Notes: generated by a model not told the origin, from the sequence alone. 63,989 bases of DNA, filler included, from Candidatus Rokuibacteriota bacterium (GCA_031406795.1; 6 parts of 6 records of this genome joined end to end with filler, not necessarily neighbours in it); one strand, 5' to 3'; numbered from the whole stretch's first letter, positions 19,746 to 29,221 are shown. Translations and numbers: made by a program.

Positions 19746-22613
19746 TCAGGACTCGCCGAGCAGCCCCAGTTTGCGCATCATCTCCCGGACGCCGGCGTAG
19801 TCGGCGTCCGTCGTCAGGGCGAATCCGGTGTAGTCGGCGTAGAGCGCCTCGAACACCGCCGCGCCCGCGGCCCCGTCGCGGCTGAGCGCCAGCAGTGCGC
19901 CCCGCAGGGCTTCCTGGATGTCGACGGGCAGCTCCCGCGCGGCGCAGATGTTGAACTCCGGGATCGGCGGCGACTGCGCCAGCGTCATCAGGCCTTCGGG
20001 CTCGTACTGCTCCGCCACCGACTCCATGACCGCGCCGGCGTCGTAGTCGCCCCGCAGCACGGCCGCAGCGACGGCGTCGTGGTACCCCAGGTGCTCGAAC
20101 GCCCCGAGCCGCTCGACGCCGACTCCCGCCTCGAGCAGCAGCGCGCGCGGCACGATGTGACTCGACGTGGAGTTGACGTCGCCGAACGCGAAGCTGCGGC
20201 CCTGCAGCTCCGCCAGGGTGCGGAGCCGGGCGTCGCGCCGGCAGATGATCGCCGCGTGCTGGAAGGGTTTGCCGCGACGCAGCGCCGTCGCGAGCAGCAC
20301 GGCCCCGTAGCGCCGGTGGGCTAGCACGTAGGTCGACGGCGTCAGGTAGGCGAATTGGGTCCGGCCCTCGCCGAGGTCGCGCACGGCTTCGCCGAAATCG
20401 AGGGCGACATTGAGTTCCACCGGACGCCCCAGGGCCTGTCCCAGGTACTCGGCAAGCGGCGTGAAGCGCCGGTGCATCCGGGCCGGCGACTCGAGCGGGA
20501 CCACCCCGAAGCGCAGCGCGCCGCGGGACTCCTCCGAGAGGACCTTGAAGCGGGAGACTTCGGCCTCCAGCAGTTCGGTGTCGCCGTTGATGCCGCGCAG
20601 TCCCTGATTGATCCGCAGCGCGAGGGCCCGGTTGCTGCGCGGCAGGTCGATCACCGGCACGAGCGCCAGGCGGATCTGGCGGCAGCCTTCGCGCTGCTCG
20701 TTCAAGGCGAGCGACATGCGCCCGATCCCTTCCGAGACCCGCTCGGCGGCGGTGGCGACGTGGCCCCCGGCGAGAGCCTGTTCGCCGTTGGCGATGCTGA
20801 TGCGCTGCGCGGCCGCGGCCAGGAGTTCCATCGCGCCGCGGATCTTGTCGGCCTCGCGCTTCTGCTCGGTCGTGCCCTGCGCCAGGAACTGCGCCATCTG
20901 GTCGAGCCGGCCCATGGTCTCCCGGACCCGGGTCAGGCCCCGGGACTGTGACTGCGCCGCCTCCTGGATCGCGGTCGCCTTCTCGAGCGAGCGGCCGGAG
21001 CTCTCGACGATCTTCTCGAGCGCCGCGCCGGCCTCGCGCGCGAAACCGAAGCCGGCGTCGACCTCGGTCCTGCCGTCGCGCATCGCCTCGACCGCGAGGG
21101 CGACCTCGGTGCGCACGGCGTGGATCAGCTCGGCGATCTCGACCGTCGAGCGGGCGGTCTTGACGGCGAGGCTGCGGATCTCGCCGGCGACGACCTGAAA
21201 GCCCCGCCCGTGCTCTCCCGCCTGCGCCGCGAGAATGGCGGCGTTGAGCGAGAGCAGTCCGGTGCGGTCGTTGACCTCGTCGATGACGTCGAGGATCTCG
21301 CCGATCTTGACCGAGCGCTCGCCGAGGGCCTGCACGGCTCCCGCGCCGCGTTCGACCGCGCGCCGGATCGCCTCCATCCCGTCGAGGGTGCGCCGCACCG
21401 CGCGCAGGCCGAGCTCCTCCGCCTCCTGGCGAACCTGGGCCGAGCTGGCCGCCGATTCGCGCGCCCCTTCGCCCACGGCGCGGATCATCTCGTCGACCTC
21501 GTGCACCGCCGCCAGCGTCTCGGTGGAGACCCCCGAGAGGTGCTCGGTGCCCCAGGTCAGCTCGCGGATGGTGTGCGCCATTTCGCCGATCGTCCCCGCG
21601 ACCTCGCTCACGGTGGCGGTGAGCTCCTCCGAGCGCTGGTGCACCTCGCCGGTGTTGACGGCCATCTCCCGCGCCGCGGCGTGCACCGTGTCGGCCACCG
21701 CGGAGAGCCCTTCGATGTCCTCGGCGAGCTGCCCGATGGAGGCGCCGAGCTCCTCCATCGAGGAGGCGATGGCCGCGAAGGAATCGGTCTCGACGGTCGT
21801 GGCGTCCACCACCGCGGCGGACTCCTTCTCGGTCCTCGCGGAGATCGCGGCGACGCGACGGGAAACCTCGTGGATCCGCAGGATGACGGCGCCCAGCGAT
21901 CTGATCGAATTGCGCAGGCTCTCCCAGAGCAGGCCGAGGTCGCCGCTGGTGCGGCCCTGCAGATCGACGGTCAGGTCGCCGACCGCCAGCGCCGCGGTCG
22001 CCTCGCGCATCCGCGCCACCGGCCGGACGACCAGGATGCGGATCAGCCACCAGAGCATCAGACCCATGGCGAGCACGCCGGCGAGCGACCAGACCAGCGC
22101 GACGGCGACCAGCGAGGATCCCGCCTGGAAGACTTCGCGCAGCGGGATGGAGACCTTGGTCGCCCCGAGCAGGTTCTTTTCCCGCCCGTGACAGGAGTGA
22201 CAGTCCGGCCCGTTGAGCAGCGGCCGGTAGAAGTGCAGCCGGTCCCCGCGCTGTTCGGAGAAGGGCCGGGGGTCGGCGCGCAGCCGATCGAGGGCGGCGC
22301 GCTCGGGCGTCTCCGTGCTCTTGGTGAAAGCTTCGCGACCCGTGTCGGCCAGCACGTCGACGCCCGCGACGCCCGCGTGACTGCGCAGGTCCGCGACGAG
22401 GGCGTGGGTGATGTCGGCGCGGCCTTCCTTCATCACGCGTTCGACACTGCGGGTGATGATCTCGGCCGTGGACTCGGACTGCTGCCGGGCCACCGTAAGG
22501 AGGCCTTCCTGCATCAGGTGCAGAACGCCGAAACTGACGGAGACGATGCCGAAAAGGGGGAGGAGGGTGGACAGCAGCAGAATCCTGACTTCGAGCCGCT
22601 GCCACCAGCGCAT
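19746..22613 (-). CDS. Methyl-accepting chemotaxis protein with periplasmic c-type heme motif and C-terminal PhnD-like binding domain
   Basis: TM, periplasmic CHSCH, TM, HAMP, then TGLLSLNAAILAAQAGEHGRGFQVVAGEIRSLA. C-terminus has LRFGVVPLES...FAFGDVNSTSSHIVPR...HDAV (Phosphonate-bd-like). Confidence 0.88.
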   Translation of the reverse strand: MRWWQRLEVRILLLSTLLPLFGIVSVSFGVLHLMQEGLLTVARQQSESTAEIITRSVERVMKEGRADITHALVADLRSHAGVAGVDVLADTGREAFTKSTETPERAALDRLRADPRPFSEQRGDRLHFYRPLLNGPDCHSCHGREKNLLGATKVSIPLREVFQAGSSLVAVALVWSLAGVLAMGLMLWWLIRILVVRPVARMREATAALAVGDLTVDLQGRTSGDLGLLWESLRNSIRSLGAVILRIHEVSRRVAAISARTEKESAAVVDATTVETDSFAAIASSMEELGASIGQLAEDIEGLSAVADTVHAAAREMAVNTGEVHQRSEELTATVSEVAGTIGEMAHTIRELTWGTEHLSGVSTETLAAVHEVDEMIRAVGEGARESAASSAQVRQEAEELGLRAVRRTLDGMEAIRRAVERGAGAVQALGERSVKIGEILDVIDEVNDRTGLLSLNAAILAAQAGEHGRGFQVVAGEIRSLAVKTARSTVEIAELIHAVRTEVALAVEAMRDGRTEVDAGFGFAREAGAALEKIVESSGRSLEKATAIQEAAQSQSRGLTRVRETMGRLDQMAQFLAQGTTEQKREADKIRGAMELLAAAAQRISIANGEQALAGGHVATAAERVSEGIGRMSLALNEQREGCRQIRLALVPVIDLPRSNRALALRINQGLRGINGDTELLEAEVSRFKVLSEESRGALRFGVVPLESPARMHRRFTPLAEYLGQALGRPVELNVALDFGEAVRDLGEGRTQFAYLTPSTYVLAHRRYGAVLLATALRRGKPFQHAAIICRRDARLRTLAELQGRSFAFGDVNSTSSHIVPRALLLEAGVGVERLGAFEHLGYHDAVAAAVLRGDYDAGAVMESVAEQYEPEGLMTLAQSPPIPEFNICAARELPVDIQEALRGALLALSRDGAAGAAVFEALYADYTGFALTTDADYAGVREMMRKLGLLGES

Positions 22614-22703
22614 GCCCCGCCCCCGCTTGCGTCTCCCCGATCACCCTGAATTCTACTGAATTACTCTACATCAATGCCGGGGGTGGTTCAATGCTCGGAG
22701 CGT

Positions 22704-23141
22704 CTACTTCTTCGACCGCCCATAGATATAGCTGACCAGTTCGACGAACTTCTCGTCCATATCCCGCAGCAGCGTGGCCATCTGACCGGCCATGCGCGCC
22801 ATGATCCGGTACCCGACGGCCGGGTTGCGGACGGCGAGCTTGTCGAACTCGGTGCGGCGGATCAGCAGCACTTCCGCGTCGTGCACCGCCTGTGCCGAAG
22901 CGCTGTGCTGGCCGCCGCGGATGAAGGAGATCTCGCCGAAACACTCGCCCTCCTTGAGCTGCTGCAATGTCTGCTGCTGCTCGGCGTTGACCTGCTTGTC
23001 GATCTTGACGACCCCGCTAACGACGATGAAGAGCGCCGCGTCGGCCTCGTCCTCGGCGAAGATCGGCTGGCCGGCGCTGAAGGTCCGGCGCTCGGAGATC
23101 AGGGCCAGCTGCTCGATCGTCTGGTCGTCGAGAGTTGTCAA
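22704..23141 (-). CDS. Stand-alone cyclic nucleotide-binding domain protein
   Basis: IFAEDE, LFIVVSGVVKI, GECFGEISF, HSASAQA. There is no C-terminal HTH. Confidence 0.85.
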   Translation of the reverse strand: MTTLDDQTIEQLALISERRTFSAGQPIFAEDEADAALFIVVSGVVKIDKQVNAEQQQTLQQLKEGECFGEISFIRGGQHSASAQAVHDAEVLLIRRTEFDKLAVRNPAVGYRIMARMAGQMATLLRDMDEKFVELVSYIYGRSKK

Positions 23142-23353
23142 GGAGAACTCGCGCCCCCCAATCCGCGCGTAACGCGCGGATCAGTTGAGGCAGGCTTGTT
23201 GCCTGGTCTTGTTTTTCGGGTCTTGTGGCTCATACCCGACCGTGCTGCTCGCTGCAAGCGTTGCTTGACCGCGGGGCGCCCTTGCGCCGTGCGCGGGTCT
23301 TGATTATCGTGAGCGGGGGCTAGGGAAGGCACCGCTCGAGAAGAGGAGTCGGC

Positions 23354-23737
23354 ATGGAAGAGCGAGAGGTTATCGTCAGTGTCGGGGCGCCGGCAGCCAT
23401 CGGGCCGTACTCCCAGGCGATCCGGGCGGGAGGGTTGATCTTCGTTTCGGGTCAGATCCCGCTTGATCCCGGGACGGGACAGGTGGTCGCGGGCGGCATC
23501 GCGAGGCAGGCGGAGCGCGCGCTGGATTCGCTGCAGGCGATCCTCAAGGCCGCCGGCAGCGGACTGGAACGCGTCGTGAAGACCACGGTATTTCTCACCG
23601 ACCTCGGCGCCTTCACCGAGTTCAACGAGGTGTACGCCCGCTATTTCCCGCACGCGCCACCGGCCAGAGCCACCGTGCAGGTCGCGGCCTTGCCGCGCGG
23701 CGTGGGGATCGAAATCGAAGCGGTGGCGCTGGCCTAG
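23354..23737 (+). CDS. ridA: RidA/YjgF-family reactive intermediate deaminase
   Basis: APAAIGPYSQA, FVSGQIP, VVKTTVFL, PARATVQVAALP. Confidence 0.93.
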   Translation: MEEREVIVSVGAPAAIGPYSQAIRAGGLIFVSGQIPLDPGTGQVVAGGIARQAERALDSLQAILKAAGSGLERVVKTTVFLTDLGAFTEFNEVYARYFPHAPPARATVQVAALPRGVGIEIEAVALA

Positions 23738-23925
23738 GCGGTCTTGGTGATCTTCCCGGAGCGCAGGCAACGGGTACAGAGCGTGACCCGCTTGGAACGG
23801 CCGGGCACATCGGCCTTCACCGTCTTGAGGTTGGGCATCCGGCGCGTCTTGCTCACGTTGTGGGCGTGGCTGATGACGCTTCCGGTTTGCGGACGCTTGC
23901 CGCAGACATCGCAGACCTTCGACAT
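23734..23925 (-). CDS. rpmB: 50S ribosomal protein L28
   Basis: MSKVCDVCGKRPQTGSVISHAHN...PNL...CTRCLRSGKI. Confidence 0.95.
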   Translation of the reverse strand: MSKVCDVCGKRPQTGSVISHAHNVSKTRRMPNLKTVKADVPGRSKRVTLCTRCLRSGKITKTA

Positions 23926-24096
23926 GGGTACCATCCCCCTTTCAATACTTCTGTCCAGAAAGCGCTCTTGTACACGAATCCGGCGGCAAAGGCAAGCCAC
24001 GATCCGCGCGTACGCGCGGATTTGGGGCAAGTTGTCGTTGACAACGACCGCGGTCGCGGGTAGATAGCTCGTGCACAACTTGGGGGGGAAAGACCG

Positions 24097-24198
24097 ATGA
24101 AGAAATACGCTCCGTTTCCCACCGCGCGCTGGTGGGTGCTGCACACCGCGGCCGTGGCGGCGGTTTATACCGTCGGCCACGTCCTGCTCGGGCGCTGA
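24097..24198 (+). CDS. 33-aa single-TM micro-protein
   Basis: MKKYAPFPTARWWVLHTAAVAAVYTVGHVLLGR, translated by hand. A purine-rich SD-like tract lies upstream. Confidence 0.6.
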   Translation: MKKYAPFPTARWWVLHTAAVAAVYTVGHVLLGR

Positions 24199-24205
24199 GG
24201 CCGGC

Positions 24206-24310
24206 ATGCTGCGGTACATCATGAAGGGAACGCCGGGCTGGGTGGTTCTTCACATCGCCGCGATCCTGCTGACGCTCTGGCTCGGCGCGGTGACGAGGTT
24301 TGCGCCATGA
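24206..24310 (+). CDS. 34-aa single-TM micro-protein
   Basis: MLRYIMKGTPGWVVLHIAAILLTLWLGAVTRFAP. Its stop overlaps the next start (ATGA). Confidence 0.62.
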   Translation: MLRYIMKGTPGWVVLHIAAILLTLWLGAVTRFAP

Positions 24311-24723
24311 ACGCCGACGGAACCCGGCGGACGCTGCTTTGGGCGCTCGTTCTCGTGGCGCTTGGCGGCTTGCTGCTGCACTACCGGATTCACCCGTACC
24401 TGGCGCCCGACCGGGACCATCCCGGGCTGATGGTTTTCCGCGGCTCCTTCCTGGCCGCGACCCTGGTGCCACTGTTCGACCTGATCGTCGTGACGGCGCT
24501 CCTCGCGTCGCGCCGCACCGCCGCACTCGGCTATCTGCTGAACGGCATGCTGGTCATCTTCGGGACGGTGCTCATGGGACACTTCTCGATCGCCGCGCTC
24601 GCGCCCAAGGCCGCGCCGCTCGCCGACTGGCTGCTCAGGTCGACCTTCCCCGACATCGCGCTGGCCTGGGCGGACTTCATGATCGGCAAGGCGCTCTACG
24701 AAACCTGGATGCGGGAGGCATGA
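24307..24723 (+). CDS. Hypothetical integral membrane protein (3-4 TM, His-bearing helices)
   Basis: GGLLLHYRIHP, GTVLMGHFS. ATGA overlaps on both sides. Confidence 0.8.
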   Translation: MNADGTRRTLLWALVLVALGGLLLHYRIHPYLAPDRDHPGLMVFRGSFLAATLVPLFDLIVVTALLASRRTAALGYLLNGMLVIFGTVLMGHFSIAALAPKAAPLADWLLRSTFPDIALAWADFMIGKALYETWMREA

Positions 24724-24932
24724 ACCCGATGAAGATCACCGAAAAGATGACGATCCTCGAAGTGCTGAAGGCGGCGCCCCAGACACGCAAAGTCTTCGAC
24801 CGATACACGATGCGCTGCAAGGGCTGCCAGGGGGCCGCCGCGGAAACGGTCGCGGCCGGGGCCCGCAATCACGGCGTCGACCCGAAGACCCTGCTGCGCG
24901 AACTCAACGAGGCCCTGAAGGAGGAGAAGTAG
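24720..24932 (+). CDS. DUF1858-like (hybrid-cluster-associated redox disulfide) small protein
   Basis: KITEKMTILEVL...VF...CKGCQGAAAETV...ARNHGVD...LLRELN. Confidence 0.8.
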   Translation: MNPMKITEKMTILEVLKAAPQTRKVFDRYTMRCKGCQGAAAETVAAGARNHGVDPKTLLRELNEALKEEK

Positions 24933-24949
24933 GTTCCCCGGCCGTCGCG

Positions 24950-26561
24950 GTGCTGACCCTCTCGGACGCCGTTCGCGCCATCCCCGGCGTCGGCAGTGCG
25001 CGGGCCGGGCACCTCGAGCAGCTCGGCGTCTTCACCGTCGACGACCTGCTCAGGCTTCTCCCGCGCCGCTACGAAGACCGGCGCGCGCTGACGCCGATCG
25101 CCTCCCTCGCCGCGGGCGCCACCGCCTCCTTCGAGGCGCGCGTCGTCTCCTCCGGTGCCGCGATCACCCCGCGCCGGGGCCTGCGCGTCTTCCGCGCGGT
25201 GTTCGAGGACGGCTCGGGCAGGATCGCGGGGCTCTGGTTTCGCTTCCGGGCCGCGCACCTGCAGACGCTGCTGCGAACCGGCGCCCGCGTGCTCGTGCAC
25301 GGGACCGTCATCGTGGCGGCCGGGCGGCGGGAGATTCTCCACCCGGAGATCGAGCCGCTGGCCGAGGGTGCGGAGCGTTGTGCGCCGCTGGTTCGCCCCG
25401 TCTACCCGGCAACCGCCGGGCTCTCGCAGGCGACGCTGCGGGCGATCGTCCAGCGGGCGCTCGAGGCGGTGCTTCCCGGACTGGAGGATCCGCTTCCCCC
25501 CGAGCTGCGCGAGCGGCACAGGCTGCCCGGACTCGCCGAGTCGCTCGTGGCTCTGCACGACCCCGGCGCCGGCTCCCCCGCGCAGGTGCCGGCCCCTGAT
25601 GGCTCGATCTGGCGCCGGCGGCTGGTGTTCGAGGAGCTTTTCAGGATGCAGCTGCAGTTGGCGATCCGCAGGCGGCGCCAGGAGAGCGTCCGCCCGCGGC
25701 AGACCCGTCCGGACGGGTCCGGTCTGCTCGCCCGCCTCGGCGAGCGCCTCCCGTTCGCCCTCACGGCGGCCCAGGCGCGCGTCTGCCGTGAGATCCTCGC
25801 CGACATGGGCGAGCCCCGCCCGATGCAGCGGTTGCTCCAGGGGGACGTGGGCAGCGGCAAGACCGTCGTCGCCGCGCTCGCGATTCTGGCCGCGGCTGCG
25901 GGGGGCGGGCAGGCGGCGCTGCTGGCCCCCACCGAACTGCTGGCCGAACAGCACTATCTGACCTTCGGCCGGCTCGCGGGAGCGCTCGGCCTCGAGCCGG
26001 AGCTGCTGACGGGCGGGGTGCCGCGCGCGCGCCGCGCCCGCGTGCTCGCGGGACTCGCCGCGGGTCGGGTGCCGCTGGTCATCGGCACGCATGCCCTGCT
26101 CGAGTCGAACGTGCGTTTTTCCCGGCTGGCGCTGGCCGTCGTGGACGAGCAGCACCGCTTCGGCGTGCGGCAGCGCCTCGGCCTGCGCGAGAAGGGCGAG
26201 GAACCCGACCTGTTGGTGATGACGGCCACGCCAATCCCGCGTTCGCTGGCGCTGACGCTCTACGGCGATCTCGATCTCTCGACCCTCGACGAATCGCCGC
26301 CGGGGCGCCGCCCGGTGAGCACCCGCGTCATCGGCGAGGCGGGGCGTCGCGCCGCGTGGGAATTGCTTCGCTCCGAAGTGCTGCAGGGGCGCAGAGCCTT
26401 CGTCGTCTGCCCGCTCATCGAGGAGACGGGCGAGGATGACCCGGCGGCGGCCGTGCGCATGGCGGCTCGCCTGCAGGCGCACTTGCCGGGGGTTCGGGTG
26501 GGGCTGCTGCACGGCAGGCTGCCGATCGAAGAGCGCTCGCGGGCGATGGAGCGCTTTCGCA
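24950..26561 (+). CDS. recG: ATP-dependent DNA helicase RecG (3'-truncated at contig end)
   Basis: PRRYEDR, RLLQGDVGSGKT, DEQHRFGVRQR, MTATPIPRSL. Confidence 0.95.
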
Positions 26562-26661
26562 NNNNNNNNNNNNNNNNNNNNNNNNNNNNNNNNNNNNNNN
26601 NNNNNTTAATTAATTAANNNNNNNNNNNNNNNNNNNNNNNNNNNNNNNNNNNNNNNNNNNN
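26562..26661. other. Artificial contig linker
   Basis: N-run + TTAATTAATTAA + N-run. Confidence 0.98.
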
Positions 26662-26877
26662 CCACCTCTCGTGGGCGCTTTCGTCCACGATGGCGTACCG
26701 GGCAGTCCGGACGCCCATGAGGTCTTCCCAGTCTCGCGCCCATTCACGAAGCTCGTGGCGCAGACGAGCCGGAATCGGCAGCTCGGGGAGGTCTGCCTCC
26801 CCTGTATCTGTCCACACCGGATCGGCCCCGTAGTCGGGGAACACACGAAGGACGGTGGGGACACTACCCGACGTCAT
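26662..26877 (-). CDS. Hypothetical protein (3'-truncated)
   Basis: MTSGSVPTVLRVFPDYGADPVW...LREWARDWE; reads like a real protein and runs into the gap. Confidence 0.55.
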
Positions 26878-26939
26878 TGGCCTATTGTCGCCCTTCTTGT
26901 TTGGAGGAACCTGAGGCTATGGACTGGCCTGCTGCTGAG

Positions 26940-27081
26940 CCGACAAACACAAACAGCGGCCTTCTAGACCTTTCGCGGCGCAAATGACGCACCGCACCGT
27001 GCTTTTGAAATCGGAGCCAGACACGGCAGCGCCGTGGTTCACGACGGAGGGTCTGTCGTGGCGGTGTCTTGTTGTTGTCGG
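26940..27081. repeat. About 140-bp imperfect palindrome (CCGACAA...TTGTCGG)
   Basis: Left arm CCGACAAACACAAACAGCGGCC..AGACC resembles the reverse complement of the right arm CCGACAACAACAAGACACCGCC..AGACC. Confidence 0.5.
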
Positions 27082-27096
27082 AGCCGGAGCGTCAGG

Positions 27097-27651
27097 TCAG
27101 GACTCTGCGAGGGCGCGCACTGCGCGCTCGATGGCGGGGCGCATGTCAAGAGCGGGGTCGACGGTGAGCCGGTGCAGGAGCAGTCCGTCACCGAGCGCCA
27201 TAAGGGCCCGGGTCGCCGGCACGGGGTCGGCGATGCCGACCGCGATCACAATCCTCTCAGTCCACCGCTCGAACTCGCGGCGCTGCCGCCGCAGCGGCTC
27301 GCCAAGCTCAGGGTCGCCGGCGAGTTCGAGGAAGAGGGCGTAGCGTGCGCGGGTACGCGAGGCGAACTGCCCGGACTGCAGTTCGGCCATGGCGCACAAG
27401 CCCTCGATCAGCCCGTCCAGTCCCGTGATCGCAGCCATCGCGGCCGGGTCGAAATCGGCGCGCTCGCGCTCGGCGATCCAGTCGACCACGCCGCCGAGCA
27501 GCGCCCGGCGGGTGCGGAACCAGTTCGAGGTCGACCCGGGGGGGAGACCTGCTCGCTCATCGACCCGCGCATGCGTCAACGCCCGCACGCCCTCCGCGCC
27601 GAGCAGTTCCACGGCCGCCTCGAGTCCGCGCTCCCGGGTAGCCGCCGGCAT
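27097..27651 (-). CDS. TetR-family transcriptional regulator
   Basis: AAVELLGAEGVRALTHARVDERAGLPPGSTSNWFRTR HTH. Confidence 0.9.
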   Translation of the reverse strand: MPAATRERGLEAAVELLGAEGVRALTHARVDERAGLPPGSTSNWFRTRRALLGGVVDWIAERERADFDPAAMAAITGLDGLIEGLCAMAELQSGQFASRTRARYALFLELAGDPELGEPLRRQRREFERWTERIVIAVGIADPVPATRALMALGDGLLLHRLTVDPALDMRPAIERAVRALAES

Positions 27652-27713
27652 GGATGCCCCCTTCCAAGAAGTCTACTATGACCATAGTAGTCCACCGCAC
27701 GAAGGAGGTCGCC

Positions 27714-28622
27714 ATGCCCTGGCCCGAGTCCCGCATCACCCGTCCCGTGGACGCCTCAGCCTGGTCGCCGCCGCTGCCAGAGGCCTCCGGCTTCGACCAT
27801 CTCGTCGTCCAGACGCCCGGCCTTCGCACTCACGTCGCCGCCATCGGCGAGGGTGAGCCGGTCGTGCTGCTCCACGGATTCCCGCAGCACTGGTGGCAGT
27901 GGCACGCGATCGCTCCGGTCATCGCCGCAGGCGGCTACCGCGTCCTCTGCCCCGACCTGCGCGGAGCCGGCTGGACCGTGGCCGACGACTCGCGTATCGA
28001 GCGCGAGACCCGGCTCCACGATTTGCTCGCCCTCTTCGACGTCCTCCATATCGAGCGTGCCCACCTCGTCTCCCACGACATGGGCGCTATCACTGCGATG
28101 CAGTTGAGCTACGAGCACCCCGAGCGGGTTAGCACGGCGGTGGAACTCTCCGTGCCGCCGGGCTTCATGTCGTTCAGCCCGAAAGTCGCCCCGGGCTTTC
28201 GGCACCTGCCCCGGTTCATCTGGCACCGCCCAGGCGCCTCACTGCGCGGCCTCTTCTCCGAGGCCTACGTCGCCCACCCGATGTCGGAGACAGCCATCGA
28301 AGCCCACCTCGCCCCGATGCGCCGCCCCGACATCGACGGTGCAGTCCGTCCGCTGACCCGCGGCATGATCCTTCCCGAAGCCATGCGCTTGAGTCGCGGC
28401 GTCTACCGCCGCCGGCGTCTCACGGTGCCGACCCTCTTCGTATTCGGCCGCCTCGACCGCCCCTGGACCGAGGAGAACATGGGGCGTCTCTGCCGCAATC
28501 CGCAGCGGTACGCCGAGCGCGTTGAGTTCACCTACGTCGACGACGCAGCGCATTTCATCACCGACGACGCCCCCGCCGCGGTCGCCGACCTCGCGATCGA
28601 CTGGTTCGAACGAGCAGCTTGA
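27714..28622 (+). CDS. Alpha/beta hydrolase (epoxide hydrolase-like)
   Basis: LLHGFPQHWWQW, PDLRGAG, SHDMG nucleophile elbow, AAHF. SD AAGGAGG precedes ATG 27714. Confidence 0.9.
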   Translation: MPWPESRITRPVDASAWSPPLPEASGFDHLVVQTPGLRTHVAAIGEGEPVVLLHGFPQHWWQWHAIAPVIAAGGYRVLCPDLRGAGWTVADDSRIERETRLHDLLALFDVLHIERAHLVSHDMGAITAMQLSYEHPERVSTAVELSVPPGFMSFSPKVAPGFRHLPRFIWHRPGASLRGLFSEAYVAHPMSETAIEAHLAPMRRPDIDGAVRPLTRGMILPEAMRLSRGVYRRRRLTVPTLFVFGRLDRPWTEENMGRLCRNPQRYAERVEFTYVDDAAHFITDDAPAAVADLAIDWFERAA

Positions 28623-28979
28623 CGTAGGGCTCACCACTCAGTCTCCCGCTCACCCCATCCGAGCAGCCTGGCGCGTCACAGTGGGCCGAAGTGACGCTCG
28701 CAATATCAGGTGCCGCGGGATTCGTCGCACTCGGGCAACCAACCCCTCAAGGCCGGTCGAAATGTCGACGAAGATCACCCACATAACATGCAGGTCCGGT
28801 AACCCTCGCCGGTCGCTCGGTTTGGGGGGGTGGTTCTGGAGCGGTGTCCTGCGGGTACTCGGCGAGGAGTTGTAGGTCTGGCGAAAGGGGGTTCGTAGCG
28901 GAGGTCCTTGGACGAGGCATCCTGCGGGGCTAACACAAGCGCAAGAGCGTGGGGGTTCAACTCGGGTTGAGCACGGCCG

Positions 28980-29079
28980 NNNNNNNNNNNNNNNNNNNNN
29001 NNNNNNNNNNNNNNNNNNNNNNNTTAATTAATTAANNNNNNNNNNNNNNNNNNNNNNNNNNNNNNNNNNNNNNNNNNNN
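28980..29079. other. Artificial contig linker
   Basis: N-run + TTAATTAATTAA + N-run. Confidence 0.98.
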
Positions 29080-29221
29080 TGCCACCATTGCTCGCCGAGC
29101 CGCCTCGGGAGACCGACGGACTTTGACGTAGCCGTGGGGGCAGGAGCCCCCCCCTTTCCATCGGGTGACGGCCCGGTATATACTGAGCAGGATTGTAACC
29201 GTCCACCAAGGGGGTTGTCCC

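Noticed and set aside
19597..22644. Very long alternative-frame and antisense ORFs (for example 1015 aa here and 830 aa at 35506-37998)
   Set aside because: These are shadow ORFs expected at high GC. They are Arg/Pro/Gly-rich with no motifs and overlap well-supported genes.
26562..26661. Recurrent TTAATTAATTAA motif flanked by Ns (five times)
   Set aside because: Artificial contig-joining linker with stops in all frames. It is not biological.
28623..28979. Non-coding stretch as a possible ncRNA or IS end
   Set aside because: No recognisable motif, terminal repeat or credible ORF could be supported.
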